The notes under the pieces are model-generated. The model was not told where the DNA came from, ran no database searches, and was given only the letters and a program-made list of their open reading frames with translations. A program made the translations under genes and the position numbers. Positions 34,888-44,734 of a DNA stretch of 52,033 nt are shown piece by piece. Source of the stretch: Octopus bimaculoides (Eukaryota). Numbering within the stretch: position 1 is the first letter of the stretch; every line of letters begins with the position of its first letter. The stretch covers positions 10,232,646 through 10,284,678 of the forward strand of contig NC_068986.1 in NCBI RefSeq assembly GCF_001194135.2, read 5' to 3'.

Positions 34888-35357
34888 TCATACACACACA
34901 TACACACACACATGTTCATTCCTGCCGGGATATAGAGAAATCGTTTCAATTGATTTTAGATACCACCACCACCACCACCACCGCAAACAATTTATTCCTC
35001 AATAACAAATATTCTCCAGATTTCTAGATGAATGAATTTGGAAGTGTTTCGAAAGAAGAAAAAGTCTGCAAGAAAACCTAGCGAGAATCGAACTTACATT
35101 CAATTATTTCTTTCTCCTTATATAAGTGTGTGTGTGTGTGTGTGTTGTTGTTGTTGTTGTTGTTGCTGGTATGTGCATTTTTACGCATTTCCTATACACT
35201 GAACAAAAAACTGGCCAATCCTATCATATACCTGCTCATATTATACATTAAACACATAGGCTACAAACATAATTATACACAGCAGAAGTAATAAAAAACA
35301 AAAAACAAAATACTATTTACCATTATCATCTCCGTAACCCCAAGTACCAGCACACAT
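5917..35357 (-). CDS. CA: Alpha-carbonic anhydrase, cytosolic type (CA1/2/7/13-like), 7 coding exons, 257 aa: [257 protein letters not shown]
   Basis: Manually spliced exon lengths 37+189+122+96+115+110+105=774 nt give an open frame from ATG to TAA. All introns are GT-AG, phases 1,1,0,0,1,0. Alpha-CA motifs: WGY, QSPVNI, FHFHWG, GSEH, ELHLVH, GSLTTPP, VTWIV, NFRP. No signal peptide. Confidence 0.97.
6710..6775. mobile_element. Tiny piggyBac-like MITE (TTAA-CCC...GGG-TTAA)
   Basis: Termini ttaacccttt...gaagggttaa. The internal sequence resembles the start of the 10271 MITE. Confidence 0.5.
7190..7445 (+). mobile_element. Decayed tRNA-derived SINE (family of 25086-25430)
   Basis: B-box-like ggttccaagttcagtcc and the shared tail ...aaggtggtgccccagcatg. 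Confidence 0.6.
8140..8249 (-). CDS. CA: Carbonic anhydrase exon 6 ([36 protein letters not shown])
   Basis: Acceptor tattcttcag|GT, donor CAG|gtaaag. Contains GSLTTPP (Leu198/Thr199/Thr200). Confidence 0.97.
9033..9077 (-). ncRNA. Inactivated mirror copy of the 9319 hammerhead motif (GAAA mutated to AAAA, small deletion at stem III/I)
   Basis: Reverse complement reads GACAC CTGATGA A GGCTG gagggtatat CAGCC AAAAC GT GTT. Confidence 0.45.
9319..9364 (+). ncRNA. Minimal dimer-type hammerhead motif with C3U change (TTGATGA)
   Basis: Stem I GACAC/GTGTT; TTGATGA-A; stem II GGCTG/CAGCC; GAAA; ACGT palindrome; GUU triplet. The mirror copy at 9033-9077 shows the ancestral CTGATGA. Confidence 0.55.
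10271..10880. mobile_element. piggyBac-like MITE interrupted by a SINE
   Basis: Begins ttaaccctttagcatt; ends aatgctaaagggt (inverted match). Confidence 0.6.
10478..10846 (+). mobile_element. Full-length tRNA-derived SINE with 14-bp target-site duplication; 3' tails of the same family at 33175-33295 (-) and 38735-38900 (-)
   Basis: A box TGGCCCAGTGA, B box GTTTCGATTCC, ...caacaac tail; TSD acatttgacagagt at 10464-10477 and 10847-10860. Confidence 0.85.
11225..11339 (-). CDS. CA: Carbonic anhydrase exon 5 ([39 protein letters not shown])
   Basis: Acceptor ccacaaaag|GTT, donor CCT G|gtaagt. Phases are compatible with exons 4 and 6. Confidence 0.93.
11543..11658. repeat. Perfect 31-bp inverted repeat (7-nt loop) plus a tandem tail duplication; collapsed derivative of the 9-kb palindromic element
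   Basis: tacattatttacatttgacggatatttgtca (11543-73) and its exact reverse complement (11581-611). The same sequence forms the outer arms at 8987 and 9412. Confidence 0.85.
13562..13657 (-). CDS. CA: Carbonic anhydrase exon 4 ([32 protein letters not shown])
   Basis: Acceptor atttcag|TTA, donor AAG|gtatgc. Contains the third zinc ligand His119. Confidence 0.97.
14645..15210. repeat. Interspersed repeat containing a 66-bp GC-rich tandem array (about 6 units, 14795-15185)
   Basis: Unit gccaccggaacaggagctaatcagggggcactggcatcggcgactttcagatggtgctttttacgt, with starts at 15011 and 15077. Confidence 0.85.
17033..17154 (-). CDS. CA: Carbonic anhydrase exon 3 ([40 protein letters not shown])
   Basis: Acceptor ttttctctccag|TC, donor GAG|gtaacc. 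Contains zinc ligands His94/His96 and Glu106 (human CA II numbering). Confidence 0.97.
17948..18496. mobile_element. piggyBac-like MITE with TIRs and a (G/T)TAA target site, in CA intron 2
   Basis: taacccattttaacccac (17945-62) and gtgggttaaaatgggtta (18482-99), an 18/18 inverted match; CCC...GGG ends; right TSD TTAA, left GTAA. Confidence 0.7.
19531..20155 (-). mobile_element. Mariner-derived non-autonomous element (long-TIR type, one arm lost), transposase N-terminal remnant
   Basis: TA + TIR cggggtctgatcaataa. The minus frame reads [25 protein letters not shown]...ITIREL...RVSTKFVPK (mariner HTH and WVPHEL-like linker). Confidence 0.85.
20275..20387. mobile_element. 113-bp hAT-like MITE
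   Basis: TIR caggggcgtagc / gctacggccctg; 8-bp TSD gtctgcac / atctgcac (7 of 8 match). Confidence 0.75.
20672..20711 (+). ncRNA. Minimal (dimer-type, Penelope-associated) hammerhead ribozyme, predicted cleavage after GUC (C20705)
   Basis: Stem I TTTCTT/AAGAGG (two G-U pairs); CTGATGA-A; stem II GGAC/GTCC with GAGC loop; GAAA; self-complementary ACGT in place of stem III; GUC triplet. Confidence 0.72.
20975..21163 (-). CDS. CA: Carbonic anhydrase exon 2 (PSVWARDYP...QSPVNI...[14 protein letters not shown])
   Basis: Acceptor tttctttag|GT CCT, donor AAT T|gtaagt. Lies within ORF-track 20961..21179. Confidence 0.97.
21893..23960 (+). repeat. Minisatellite with alternating 46/48-bp units (94-bp higher-order dimer), about 10.5 units, interrupted by a solo LTR
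   Basis: Unit caatttagtctacagcccaatgaaggctacacggcagattaacaga alternates with a cggtag...agcagaca variant. Confidence 0.9.
22196..23760. mobile_element. Probable solo LTR (Gypsy-like, 4-bp TSD) spanning an assembly gap
   Basis: TGTA...TACA termini; TACA duplicated at 22192-95 and 23761-64. Removing the insert restores an intact minisatellite unit. The interior is partly N. Confidence 0.7.
24513..24583 (+). ncRNA. Type I hammerhead ribozyme, complete core, predicted cleavage after AUA (A24568)
   Basis: Stem I ATGGGTG/CACTCAT (24523-29/24569-75), extended by AATGG/CCATT across an internal loop. Core CTGATGA 24530-36. Stem II AGGGGC/GCCCCT with AACAA loop. GAAA 24554-57. Stem III ATAT/ATAT with GGC loop. 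Confidence 0.8.
25086..25430 (+). mobile_element. tRNA-derived SINE, near full length; related copies at 9780-9930 (+), 14075-14195 (+), 16720-16865 (+), 25985-26500 (-), 45512-45880 (-), 46030-46230 (-), 46560-46700 (-)
   Basis: Shared head (ggttccgggttcagtcccactg...ggatttggtagacggaaactgaaagaagcc) and tail (aaggcggtgccccagcatggccgcagtc). Confidence 0.8.
25993..26069. repeat. Seven tandem copies of an 11-bp unit (gccaYRctggg) expanded inside a SINE tail
   Basis: Direct reading of the sequence. Confidence 0.85.
26680..26890 (+). mobile_element. tRNA-derived SINE of a second family; related copies at 29600-29835 (-), 36140-36345 (+), 38420-38628 (+), 46918-47123 (+), 48133-48300 (-), 50010-50130 (-)
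   Basis: Shared ggcgagctggcagaatcgtt head, gagttcaaa B-box-like motif and cgataaaataagtacc core. Confidence 0.8.
27463..27498 (+). repeat. Poly(A)36 tract
   Basis: Direct reading. Confidence 0.95.
30143..30178 (-). ncRNA. Second copy of the variant hammerhead-like motif (core CTGTTCA-A, G8 lost)
   Basis: Reverse complement reads TTTT CTGTTCA A GAGC atag GCTC GAAAC GT C AAAG. Flanks are homologous to the 51.2-51.4 kb repeat. Confidence 0.35.
30956..33150 (-). mobile_element. Decayed RTE-clade LINE (end of APE, RT, C-terminal region) ending in a (GA)n tail
   Basis: Minus frames read [38 protein letters not shown] and [15 protein letters not shown]. The 3' end abuts (GA)n at 30924-30955. Confidence 0.92.
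33300..34498 (+). mobile_element. Decayed CR1/L2-like LINE (RT domain and C-terminal region)
   Basis: [38 protein letters not shown]; frameshifted. Confidence 0.9.
35321..35357 (-). CDS. CA: Carbonic anhydrase exon 1 ([13 protein letters not shown])
   Basis: ATG TGT GCT GGT ACT TGG GGT TAC GGA GAT GAT AAT G|gtaaat. The WGY motif and the phase-1 intron in the Gly codon match vertebrate CA2 exon 1. Confidence 0.93.
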
Positions 35358-35440
35358 GTTTTGCAGGTTTTTGGTTTTTTTCTAGGAGCGGCTGTAGTAT
35401 GTACTTTGGTGGAGAAAATCTTCTGTTAACAAGAGAAGCG

Positions 35441-35590
35441 CTGAGAGAGTCTGCTGTGTTGTTTCTGCTTTTTATACTGAATCAACTGACTGACACTTTT
35501 CTGTATGGTGCTGTAATAAGATCAGAGAGAGACAAAAATACACAAGTGAGTTTATAGGTAGGCGAGCCGAACCAGATTGGGGTGGGGGGT
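35441..35590 (-). promoter_or_regulatory. Putative core promoter of the CA gene: TATAAAAA (35476..35469), Inr-like TCAG near 35444..35441, CCAAT (35580..35576)
   Basis: Motifs are on the gene strand in canonical order: TATA about 112 nt upstream of the ATG, CCAAT about 100 nt upstream of TATA. The TSS is not experimentally known. Confidence 0.6.
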
Positions 35591-35797
35591 GGGGTTTTGC
35601 CTGTCAACATTTTGTGGGCGTGATGCTTTTGTCTGGAGTTTCGTTTGTTCGTTGTTAGAGTAACNNNNNNNNNNNNNNNNNNNNNNNNNNNNNNNNNNNN
35701 NNNNNNNNNNNNNNNNNNNNNNNNNNNNNNNNNNNNNNNNNNNNNNNNNNNNNNNNNNNNNNNNNCAGATAAAACAGTATATAATAATAATAATAAC

Positions 35798-35831
<34 letters not shown>

Positions 35832-38800
35832 TTACATAGAATTACACATGCATAGTAAGTGCCATCTGTTTATAAATGCACACTTGCATGAACGGTTTAT
35901 ACAGGGAAAGTACCGATTTACCGAAAGCGATGCTAAAAACAGCATCTTTGCAACGGAAGCCGGTTTTCGATTCCGAAATAAACCTTCCTACCACCCATCC
36001 ACCCACTTTGCTAATCACACGAAAGAAAACAAAACGCATGACCGTCAGCGCTTCCTATTTCTCTACCTCGGTGCACATATAAGGTCTGTGTTTGTTTCCA
36101 GAGATGGTTTTTGATAGGGTAAGAAGGCGACGAACTGATAGAATCGTCTGTGGGTCGGGCGAAATGCTTAGCTGGGATTTCTTCCAACTGCTTACGTTCT
36201 GAGTTCAAATTCCGCCGAGGTCATCTTCACGTTTCCTCCTTTCGGGGTCCTTAAAATGAGTACCAGTTGAGCATTGCAGTCGAGGTAATTGAGCAGCTTC
36301 CCAATTCCACTAAAATTGCTGGCCTTGTGCCAAACTTTGAAACCATTCCATTGAAGAACCCAAGGCGAAAGACCTAGCGAGAGAAGTAAGCTTACTATGA
36401 GCGAAATCTGCATTCTGGTTTCACTACCAACCCGCAGCTATTTCACTTTATTTTATTTCACTTCGGTTGCTGTTAGCAACTTGAGAAATGAACAAACACC
36501 TTACAACCACTTTCTCCATTCTCATGCATTAATTTTTTTCTAAGAAATTATATTTCCAAAGGAACCCGGTTCCAGGCTATCAGCTAAGATGTGTTGAAGC
36601 TGGTTAACTTGGAATCCTCAGTTCGAATCTCCCCGTAGGCACAACATGGCGTGAGATGTGTTCCTCCCAAGATACGCCCAGAGTATGTTACATGAAGTCC
36701 AATGATGGGGAAACGACCCAACTCGAATCTGAATTTCACGATATGGTTTCAATTCCTGCTTGAAAACACTTTGTCTGCATCCCTATTACTCTTGGAGAAA
36801 GCCAGATGTATCAACATTCCTAATATCGAGTCTTTGAAACCAGTTTATGTGTGTGTGAATGAGGGAAGACTGAGATAAAAGACAGACGATTATGTAATCT
36901 TCAGCCTTTTTTTCTCAAAGACATTAAAGTAATCTTCAAGAATATGAGAATGAAATAATTTCAAATTCGATTTGAAATTACGACCTCATGCATTGAAACT
37001 ACAATCGTACCACTGTTTGGCCAACTTGGTAACTACCTTGATAAAAAATCTAAGATGGTTATTCTGTTGAAGAATTCTAAGATAGTTATTTTGCTGAAGA
37101 ATTCTAAGATGGTTTTTTGTTGCTTTTCTTCAGTGATTTTTAGAAAACTCCTCCTTCTCAACTTAATACAGACAATTCTTGCCATGCCAAAAGGAATTGG
37201 AACGTAAAAAAAAACAGAACAAATATAGCAAAGAATTTGGTCCACTTCCCGAACATTTCTGCTATTCGACCTCAAAAGAATGAACCGCAAACTTCGCTAC
37301 GTCGGGATTTGAACTCAAACCGCAAAGAAGTTGGCCAGTGGAGAGCTGCTCGGGTTCCATCTGTCTATTTTTGGAATGGTTTCTATGGCTGGATACCCTT
37401 CTTAACGACGCCAACCACTTTACAGAGGGTACTGGGCGCTTTTACGATAAACCGTTACAGGCGCTTTTACGTGGCACCAACTCTAGAATCTGTCGGCTGA
37501 GTGAGGAATATGGACGACATGGCTGTATACATGGACAGCTACGATTTTACTTAGCTTAATGTGTTTTCTCAAGCACAGTAAACCGTCAGAAGTCTCTCTA
37601 AGATCATTAAGAAACATAAATAAAATCGTTTCGACCGAGTATCGAAACCGGGCTACCAACATCATAGTGTCCACCAAACTTGACAACTTCACCAGAATCT
37701 TGATGATTTTTTTTTTTTTTTNNNNNNNNNNNNNNNNNNNNNNNNNNNNNNNNNNNNNNNNNNNNNNNNNNNNNNNNNNNNNNNNNNNNNNNNNNNNNNN
37801 NNNNNNNNNNNNNNNNNNNNNGGAGACCAGAATCAGCAGAATACAACAGCGACCCAATGGCTTTCAGTTTCGCGCTGCTACTCTTTTTGTTGCACAATTG
37901 AAAAGTTGAAAGGCAAAGTTGACTTAGGCTGGAGTTAAACACAGAGCGTAAAGATACAGAAGAAGGGCCGCCGAGCGCTTTGTCCGACACGCTAACAATT
38001 CTACCAGCTTGCCGCCTTAAATTAAATAAAAATACCAAGAACGCCGTATCAGAAGCAGACTGTCATAGCTTCGAGTTATCACAGGTCGTTACTCTCAAAA
38101 AAGGTTAGGTAATCATTTTCTGGGTTGCTCAGCATTATTGCTTTCCATATTCAACACCTTTACAGATCCTAGCAGATCGAGTTTAAACTTCCATACTCAG
38201 CCGTTAGCTAGGGGTGATGCGATGAGGTATAGAACTGACAAGAATGATTTACAATAGTTTTCGTGGTAAACGTTTGTTACATAGCAACGTATCAGCGACA
38301 GGACTTTGCCGGGTCGGGACGATATTTCCCGAACTTCAGACAGTTTACAAAAGGAAAAAACATAACGATTAAATGGAAATTAATGAAATCACTGTCATTC
38401 AATAATTACTGAAACATTAAAGCGGTGAGCTGGCAGAACCGTTAGCGCGCTGGACGAAATGTTTATCGGCATTTCGCCCGTCGCTACATTCTGAGTTCAA
38501 ACTCCGCCGAGGTCAACTTTGCCTTTCATCGTTTTGGGGTCGATTAAATAAGTACCTGTTGAACACTGGGGTCGATGTAATCGACTTAACCCCCTCCCTC
38601 AAGCTGCCCTTGTGGCAAAATTTGAAATCATCATTACAGAAACATTACATGGAGACTGAGAGGTGAACCTAATAATTATAACAATGCGACATACAGCCGG
38701 AGTTACAACACTAAATTCAATTATTAACTTGCTTAACTGGTACTCCGTCGGTTACGACGACGAGCGTTCCAGTCGATCCGATCAACGGAATTGCCTGCTC

Positions 38801-39789
38801 GTGAAATTAACGCATAAGTGGCTGAGCGCTCCGCAGATATGAGTAAGGTCAATGCAGTTTTCAGGGAGATTCCACGTGACACAGACTGTGACAGTACTAA
38901 CGCTTTGAATTAAAGGTACAACTCATTTTTGCCGGTCGAGTGAACTGCAGCAGCGTGAAATAAAGAGTCTTGGTCAAGGGCACGATGTGCCACCAGGAAT
39001 CGAACTCATGACCATTCCTATTACATTAAATACAACTAGAAGAATTCTCGATCTTTCGATAAGAAACATCTACATTTCTTTACCTGAAACTGCTCTGCTG
39101 ATCAAAGAAACATAAGTGACAAACAAAACAACAAAAAGTCGTATTTGCCCCCTCCATCCCCTCTTCTATTTTCTTACCAACATTTTTTGTATTTTCTTTT
39201 CTTAGATCTTAGGCAGCTATTTTTGTTGTATTTGAAGAAAAAGAAAAAAGACGCAAATGTGCATTTTAGCTTAAATATAGNNNNNNNNNNNNNNNNNNNN
39301 NNNNNNNNNNNNNNNNNNNNNNNNNNNNNNNNNNNNNNNNNNNNNNNNNNNNNNNNNNNNNNNNNNNNNNNNNNNNNNNNNNNNNNNNNNNNNNNNNNNN
39401 NNNNNNNNNNNNNNNNNNNNNNNNNNNNNNNNNNNNNNNNNNNNNNNNNNNNNNNNNNNNNNNNNNNNNNNNNNNNNNNNNNNNNNNNNNNNNNNNNNNN
39501 NNNNNNNNNNNNNNNNNNNNNNNNNNNNNNNNNNNNNNNNNNNNNNNNNNNNNNNNNNNNNNNNNNNNNNNNNNNNNNNNNNNNNNNNNNNNNNNNNNNN
39601 NNNNNNNNNNNNNNNNNNNNNNNNNNNNNNNNNNNNNNNNNNNNNNNNNNTCCTCGGTCTGGGAATCGAACCCATGATCTAGCGATCGTGAGTGCAACAG
39701 CCTAACAACTAGGCCACACACACACACACACACGCGTAAATACATAAATAGCAATGTTTTCATATCTTTAGTATTGTAGAACGGTTACA

Positions 39790-40630
39790 CCCAACATTAC
39801 TATCAACGGAACCCACATCACCGACGGCGCCCACATCACCGACGGCGCCCACACCACCACCACCGGTAACAATAGCGCCAACCCTACGATGACAACCACT
39901 ACGACAGCAGTCACAGCGGCATCGCCGGACCCGCGCAGCGTAATGATAACAGCACTGATGGCAGCCCCAACAACACCGGGGGCAACAACAACATTTCCAC
40001 GCCCGGAGTCAACCGGATATGCACCACTAATGTGGACACAACCAACAGGTACGGCATTCAAGCGACGCTTGTACAACCACAGGTCCTCCTTCAGGGTCTC
40101 AGAAAGACGATTCATCACATCTCTGGCCAGCCGTGTGTGGTGCCTCAAAGATGAAAGGACCCGATACGATATCAAGTGGAAGATATTAGAACGACCGGGA
40201 CCCTACGTCAACGGGAGCGTATGCTGCAAGCCCTGCATAGCCGAAAGAGTTAGGATCCTCAAAAACCTGGATCGCTGAATACTCACCAAGAAATCTTTAC
40301 ACCATGCATCCATTTCCAGCACTACCTGCTGCAAGCATGGGATTCCCCGTTCGCTGACTAAACCAGGAAGATTCGTTATGATCTAATAGCAACCCAAGGG
40401 ACAGAGCCCTTATTTCTCTCTCCAGGTCCACAAACAACTAGTCTAGGAGAGATAACCCGTCCTCACTAACGCCGGACTATTTATTCTCTGATGACCAAAT
40501 GACCAATGACCGTAACAGATTTCTACCTTCCAGAAATGAAGAGTTAAATTTGTCTTTGGACTAGAGCCTGATGAGTTGTTCACGAAGCTACAGCTTTCGT
40601 GGATGCGAAACCTAAGGTCACTCTATGACC
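39790..40630 (+). mobile_element. Penelope-like element 3' fragment: GIY-YIG endonuclease remnant plus a terminal repeat with a hammerhead
   Basis: ORF 39889..40278 contains FKRRLYNHRSSF...SLASRVWCLK...IKWKILE...PYVNGS..CKPC, typical of PLE GIY-YIG C-termini. A hammerhead follows downstream. Confidence 0.85.
40562..40625 (+). ncRNA. Type I hammerhead ribozyme at the 3' end of a Penelope-like element, predicted cleavage after GUC (C40619)
   Basis: Stem I TAGAG/CTCTA with a C-A mismatch at the junction pair; CTGATGA 40568-74; long stem II including CACGAA/TTCGTG; GAAA 40607-10; near-palindromic stem III ACCT-A-AGGT; GUC. Confidence 0.72.
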
Positions 40631-40648
40631 AGACATTAACTTTATTAC

Positions 40649-40689
<41 letters not shown>

Positions 40690-41633
40690 NNNNNNNNNNN
40701 NNNNNNNNNNNNNNNNNNNNNNNNNNNNNNNNNNNNNNNNNNNNNNNNNNNNNNNNNNNNNNNNNNNNNNNNNNNNNNNNNNNNNNNNNNNNNNNNNNNN
40801 NNNNNNNNNNNNNNNNNNNNNNNNNNNNNNNNNNNNNNNNNNNNNNNNNNNNNNNNNNNNNNNNNNNNNNNNNNNNNNNNNNNNNNNNNNNNNNNNNNNN
40901 NNNNNNNNNNNNNNNNNNNNNNNNNNNNNNNNNNNNNNNNNNNNNNNNNNNNNNNNNNNNNNNNNNNNNNNNNNNNNNNNNNNNNNNNNNNNNNNNNNNN
41001 NNNNNNNNNNNNNNNNNNNNNNNNNNNNNNNNNNNNNNNNNNNNNNNNNNNNNNNNNNNNNNNNNNNNNNNNNNNNNNNNNNNNNNNNNNNNNNNNNNNN
41101 NNNNNNNNNNNNNNNNNNNNNNNNNNNNNNNNNNNNNNNNNNNNNNNNNNNNNNNNNNNNNNNNNNNNNNNNNNNNNNNNNNNNNNNNNNNNNNNNNNNN
41201 NNNNNNNNNNNNNNNNNNNNNNNNNNNNNNNNNNNNNNNNNNNNNNNNNNNNNNNNNNNNNNNNNNNNNNNNNNNNNNNNNNNNNNNNNNNNNNNNNNNN
41301 NNNNNNNNNNNNNNNNNNNNNNNNNNNNNNNNNNNNNNNNNNNNNNNNNNNNNNNNNNNNNNNNNNNNNNNNNNNNNNNNNNNNNNNNNNNNNNNNNNNN
41401 NNNNNNNNNNNNNNNNNNNNNNNNNNNNNNNNNNNNNNNNNNNNNNNNNNNNNNNNNNNNNNNNNNNNNNNNNNNNNNNNNNNNNNNNNNNNNNNNNNNN
41501 NNNNNNNNNNNNNNNNNNNNNNNNNNNNNNNNNNNNNNNNNNNNNNNNNNNNNNNNNNNNNNNNNNNNNNNNNNNNNNNNNNNNNNNNNNNNNNNNNNNN
41601 NNNNNNNNNNNNNNNNNNNNNNNNNNNNNNNNN

Positions 41634-41671
<38 letters not shown>

Positions 41672-41827
41672 CATAACTACACATACATACATACATACAT
41701 ACATACATACATACATACAAACATACATACATATACACAGAGAGAGCTGAAGTGTACGTTTGCTCTAAATTTCAGTATTAGCCAACTCAGGCTTGAAACA
41801 ATATTTGTATTCTCAAAGATGATTAAA

Positions 41828-42705
41828 TACGACGTCTGATCAATAGGTATCCGGACTGTTGTCATAGTAACGAAAGCTAAAGTACGCAGAGTGAAGCCGC
41901 TTGGCATAGATTGTCCTTGAACTCTGTTGTGCATGCGCACTAAGTTTTAACGTTATCGTTTACTTCTGCTGTTTAAAGCAATGCTTGGAAGGAAGGTGTG
42001 TAGCGTGTGATCGTCGCATTGAGCATGACAGAGAAAGTTGTCATGGCAATACCTGCTCAAGGACTACGCAAAGTTGCAGAAAGTGTATGAAGAGGGGGGT
42101 ATATGAGTCGCACACAAATGTACGAATAGTTCAGACGTTTCCAAGATGGCCGAAAAAATATCGATATTGATGAACGTTCTGGGAGACCTGCAATAAGCAG
42201 AACTGAGAAAAACATTGCAGATGTGCGTGCAGCTGTGAGGGGAAATCGTCAAATCATCATCCGTGAGTTGTGAGGATGTGCAGATTAGTTACGGTTCAGT
42301 TCAGTCTATTATCACTGAAGATTTGGGAATGAGATGCGTGTCTGCCAAGTTTGTGCCAAAACTGCTTTCAGCTGATCAAAAAGACACTCAGGTTTCAGTT
42401 GCACAAGATCTCCTTGATTGTGTCGAGAACGATAAATACCCTTTGAAAACTTTGTGTAGGCCTCTGAGCAGGAATCTCCAATTTTTGGCAAAATTTGATG
42501 CAGATTCTCTGCTCAACCTTCTCTGTCATAGTCAATGCGACGATCACACGCTACACACCTTTCTAAGCACTGCTGTAAACAACAAAAAAGAGCTAGAATG
42601 GTAAAACTTATTGTACATGTACAGCAGAGTTCAAGGTCTATCTGTGCCCAGCGGCGTAACACTGCGTGCTTTAGCTTCGTTACTATGGTAACAGTCTGAA
42701 TACGT
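41828..42705 (+). mobile_element. Mariner-derived non-autonomous element with inverted arms of about 250 bp that include the transposase start
   Basis: Left arm 41828-42082, unique transposase middle (SAKFVPKLLSADQK) to about 42440, then an inverted copy of the left arm. Confidence 0.85.
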
Positions 42706-43089
42706 ATGGCCACCACAAAGCATTCGGACTATTTCACACGTCAGGTGTCTATTGTCGCTCTCGCCCCCCTCTCTCCCTCCCATATAATAAATACTGCATG
42801 GCATGATTAACTTAGCTGTTTATCCGCTGTCTCTCTCTTTCTCCCCCCCTCTTTTTTCCCTCTTTCATATATTAATAAATACTTCCTGTTAGTCAAACTT
42901 AGTTTATTGTCGTTTGCGTGTACTGACGTGTTGAATTCTAACATTAACAAGCCATAAATGAAATTTCATTATTTTCTCTCCCAACTATTGACAGTCTGAC
43001 CGTCTGACAAGCAAATGAGAAGCAGTAATTGAAGGAGATGGTGAATATGCTCCGGAAGACTTTCCCATTGTTTGTAGGATGAACACGGT

Positions 43090-43620
43090 GTCAGTCTGGA
43101 AACTAAAATGGGTGCCTACAAATCTTGTATTTTGAGCACATTTTTGTATGGGGCAGAAGCATGGACTCCCTACTTCAGACATATAAAAAAAAAACTGAAA
43201 TCTTCCACATGTGCAGTTTGTGCAATATCTGCAACGTAAAATGGCCAGATAAGATATCAAATGTCGAAATCTTAGAATGTTGCTGAGAATTCAGTGTAGA
43301 TGGGTAGGACATGTTGTTTGAATGAAAAATGACTGCATTCCAAAAGTTCTTTTGTATGGCCAACAATCAGAGGGACCCTGCAGTAAGGGAAGGCACATCC
43401 TTAGATATAAGAATAAGTTGAAGAAATCATTAAAGTCTCTACAGCTAAATTAGACATCTTGAGAAATTGATTGCCTAGATCGATCTGCATGGCGTAAAAT
43501 GTGTCAGGATGCATGAAAAAAATTTTGAGTTGAAGAAAAGAAACAATAAAAGAATTATATCCTGCAACCAAGAGACACATTTGTCCAATCCCAGACAAAA
43601 TCAAAATCATCAGTGTCGTC
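43090..43620 (+). mobile_element. RTE (BovB-like) LINE 3' fragment
   Basis: Plus frames read LSTFLYGAEAWT, KWPDKISNVEIL, WVGHV, IPKVLLYG and DRSAWR. Confidence 0.8.
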
Positions 43621-43785
43621 CCCATTGCACCTTTATAGCAGAATCCATTCCCTGGACTCAAATTACATTCACACATCCATCACAAGTAGATGCATCTTCT
43701 TTTGTGCTTTGCTTTCTTTCTCTTTATGTTCTCTCCTTCAAACACTCATACGTCAAAACCGACGGGAGGCGCGCGCGCACGCACG

Positions 43786-43837
<52 letters not shown>

Positions 43838-44666
43838 NNNNNNNNNNNNNNNNNNNNNNNNNNNNNNNNNNNNNNNNNNNNNNNNNNNNNNNNNNNNNNN
43901 NNNNNNNNNNNNNNNNNNNNNNNNNNNNNNNNNNNNNNNNNNNNNNNNNNNNNNNNNNNNNNNNNNNNNNNNNNNNNNNNNNNNNNNNNNNNNNNNNNNN
44001 NNNNNNNNNNNNNNNNNNNNNNNNNNNNNNNNNNNNNNNNNNNNNNNNNNNNNNNNNNNNNNNNNNNNNNNNNNNNNNNNNNNNNNNNNNNNNNNNNNNN
44101 NNNNNNNNNNNNNNNNNNNNNNNNNNNNNNNNNNNNNNNNNNNNNNNNNNNNNNNNNNNNNNNNNNNNNNNNNNNNNNNNNNNNNNNNNNNNNNNNNNNN
44201 NNNNNNNNNNNNNNNNNNNNNNNNNNNNNNNNNNNNNNNNNNNNNNNNNNNNNNNNNNNNNNNNNNNNNNNNNNNNNNNNNNNNNNNNNNNNNNNNNNNN
44301 NNNNNNNNNNNNNNNNNNNNNNNNNNNNNNNNNNNNNNNNNNNNNNNNNNNNNNNNNNNNNNNNNNNNNNNNNNNNNNNNNNNNNNNNNNNNNNNNNNNN
44401 NNNNNNNNNNNNNNNNNNNNNNNNNNNNNNNNNNNNNNNNNNNNNNNNNNNNNNNNNNNNNNNNNNNNNNNNNNNNNNNNNNNNNNNNNNNNNNNNNNNN
44501 NNNNNNNNNNNNNNNNNNNNNNNNNNNNNNNNNNNNNNNNNNNNNNNNNNNNNNNNNNNNNNNNNNNNNNNNNNNNNNNNNNNNNNNNNNNNNNNNNNNN
44601 NNNNNNNNNNNNNNNNNNNGTAAATCGATTATCTAGACCTCAGTGCTCAACTGCTACTTAATAATA

Positions 44667-44734
<68 letters not shown>
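44667..44734 (+). repeat. (GAT)n microsatellite
   Basis: Direct reading. Confidence 0.95.

Noticed and set aside
37050-37114. 27-bp tandem repeat x2.4; also an 18-bp direct repeat at 18548 and 18853
   Set aside because: Ordinary local duplications with no further structure.
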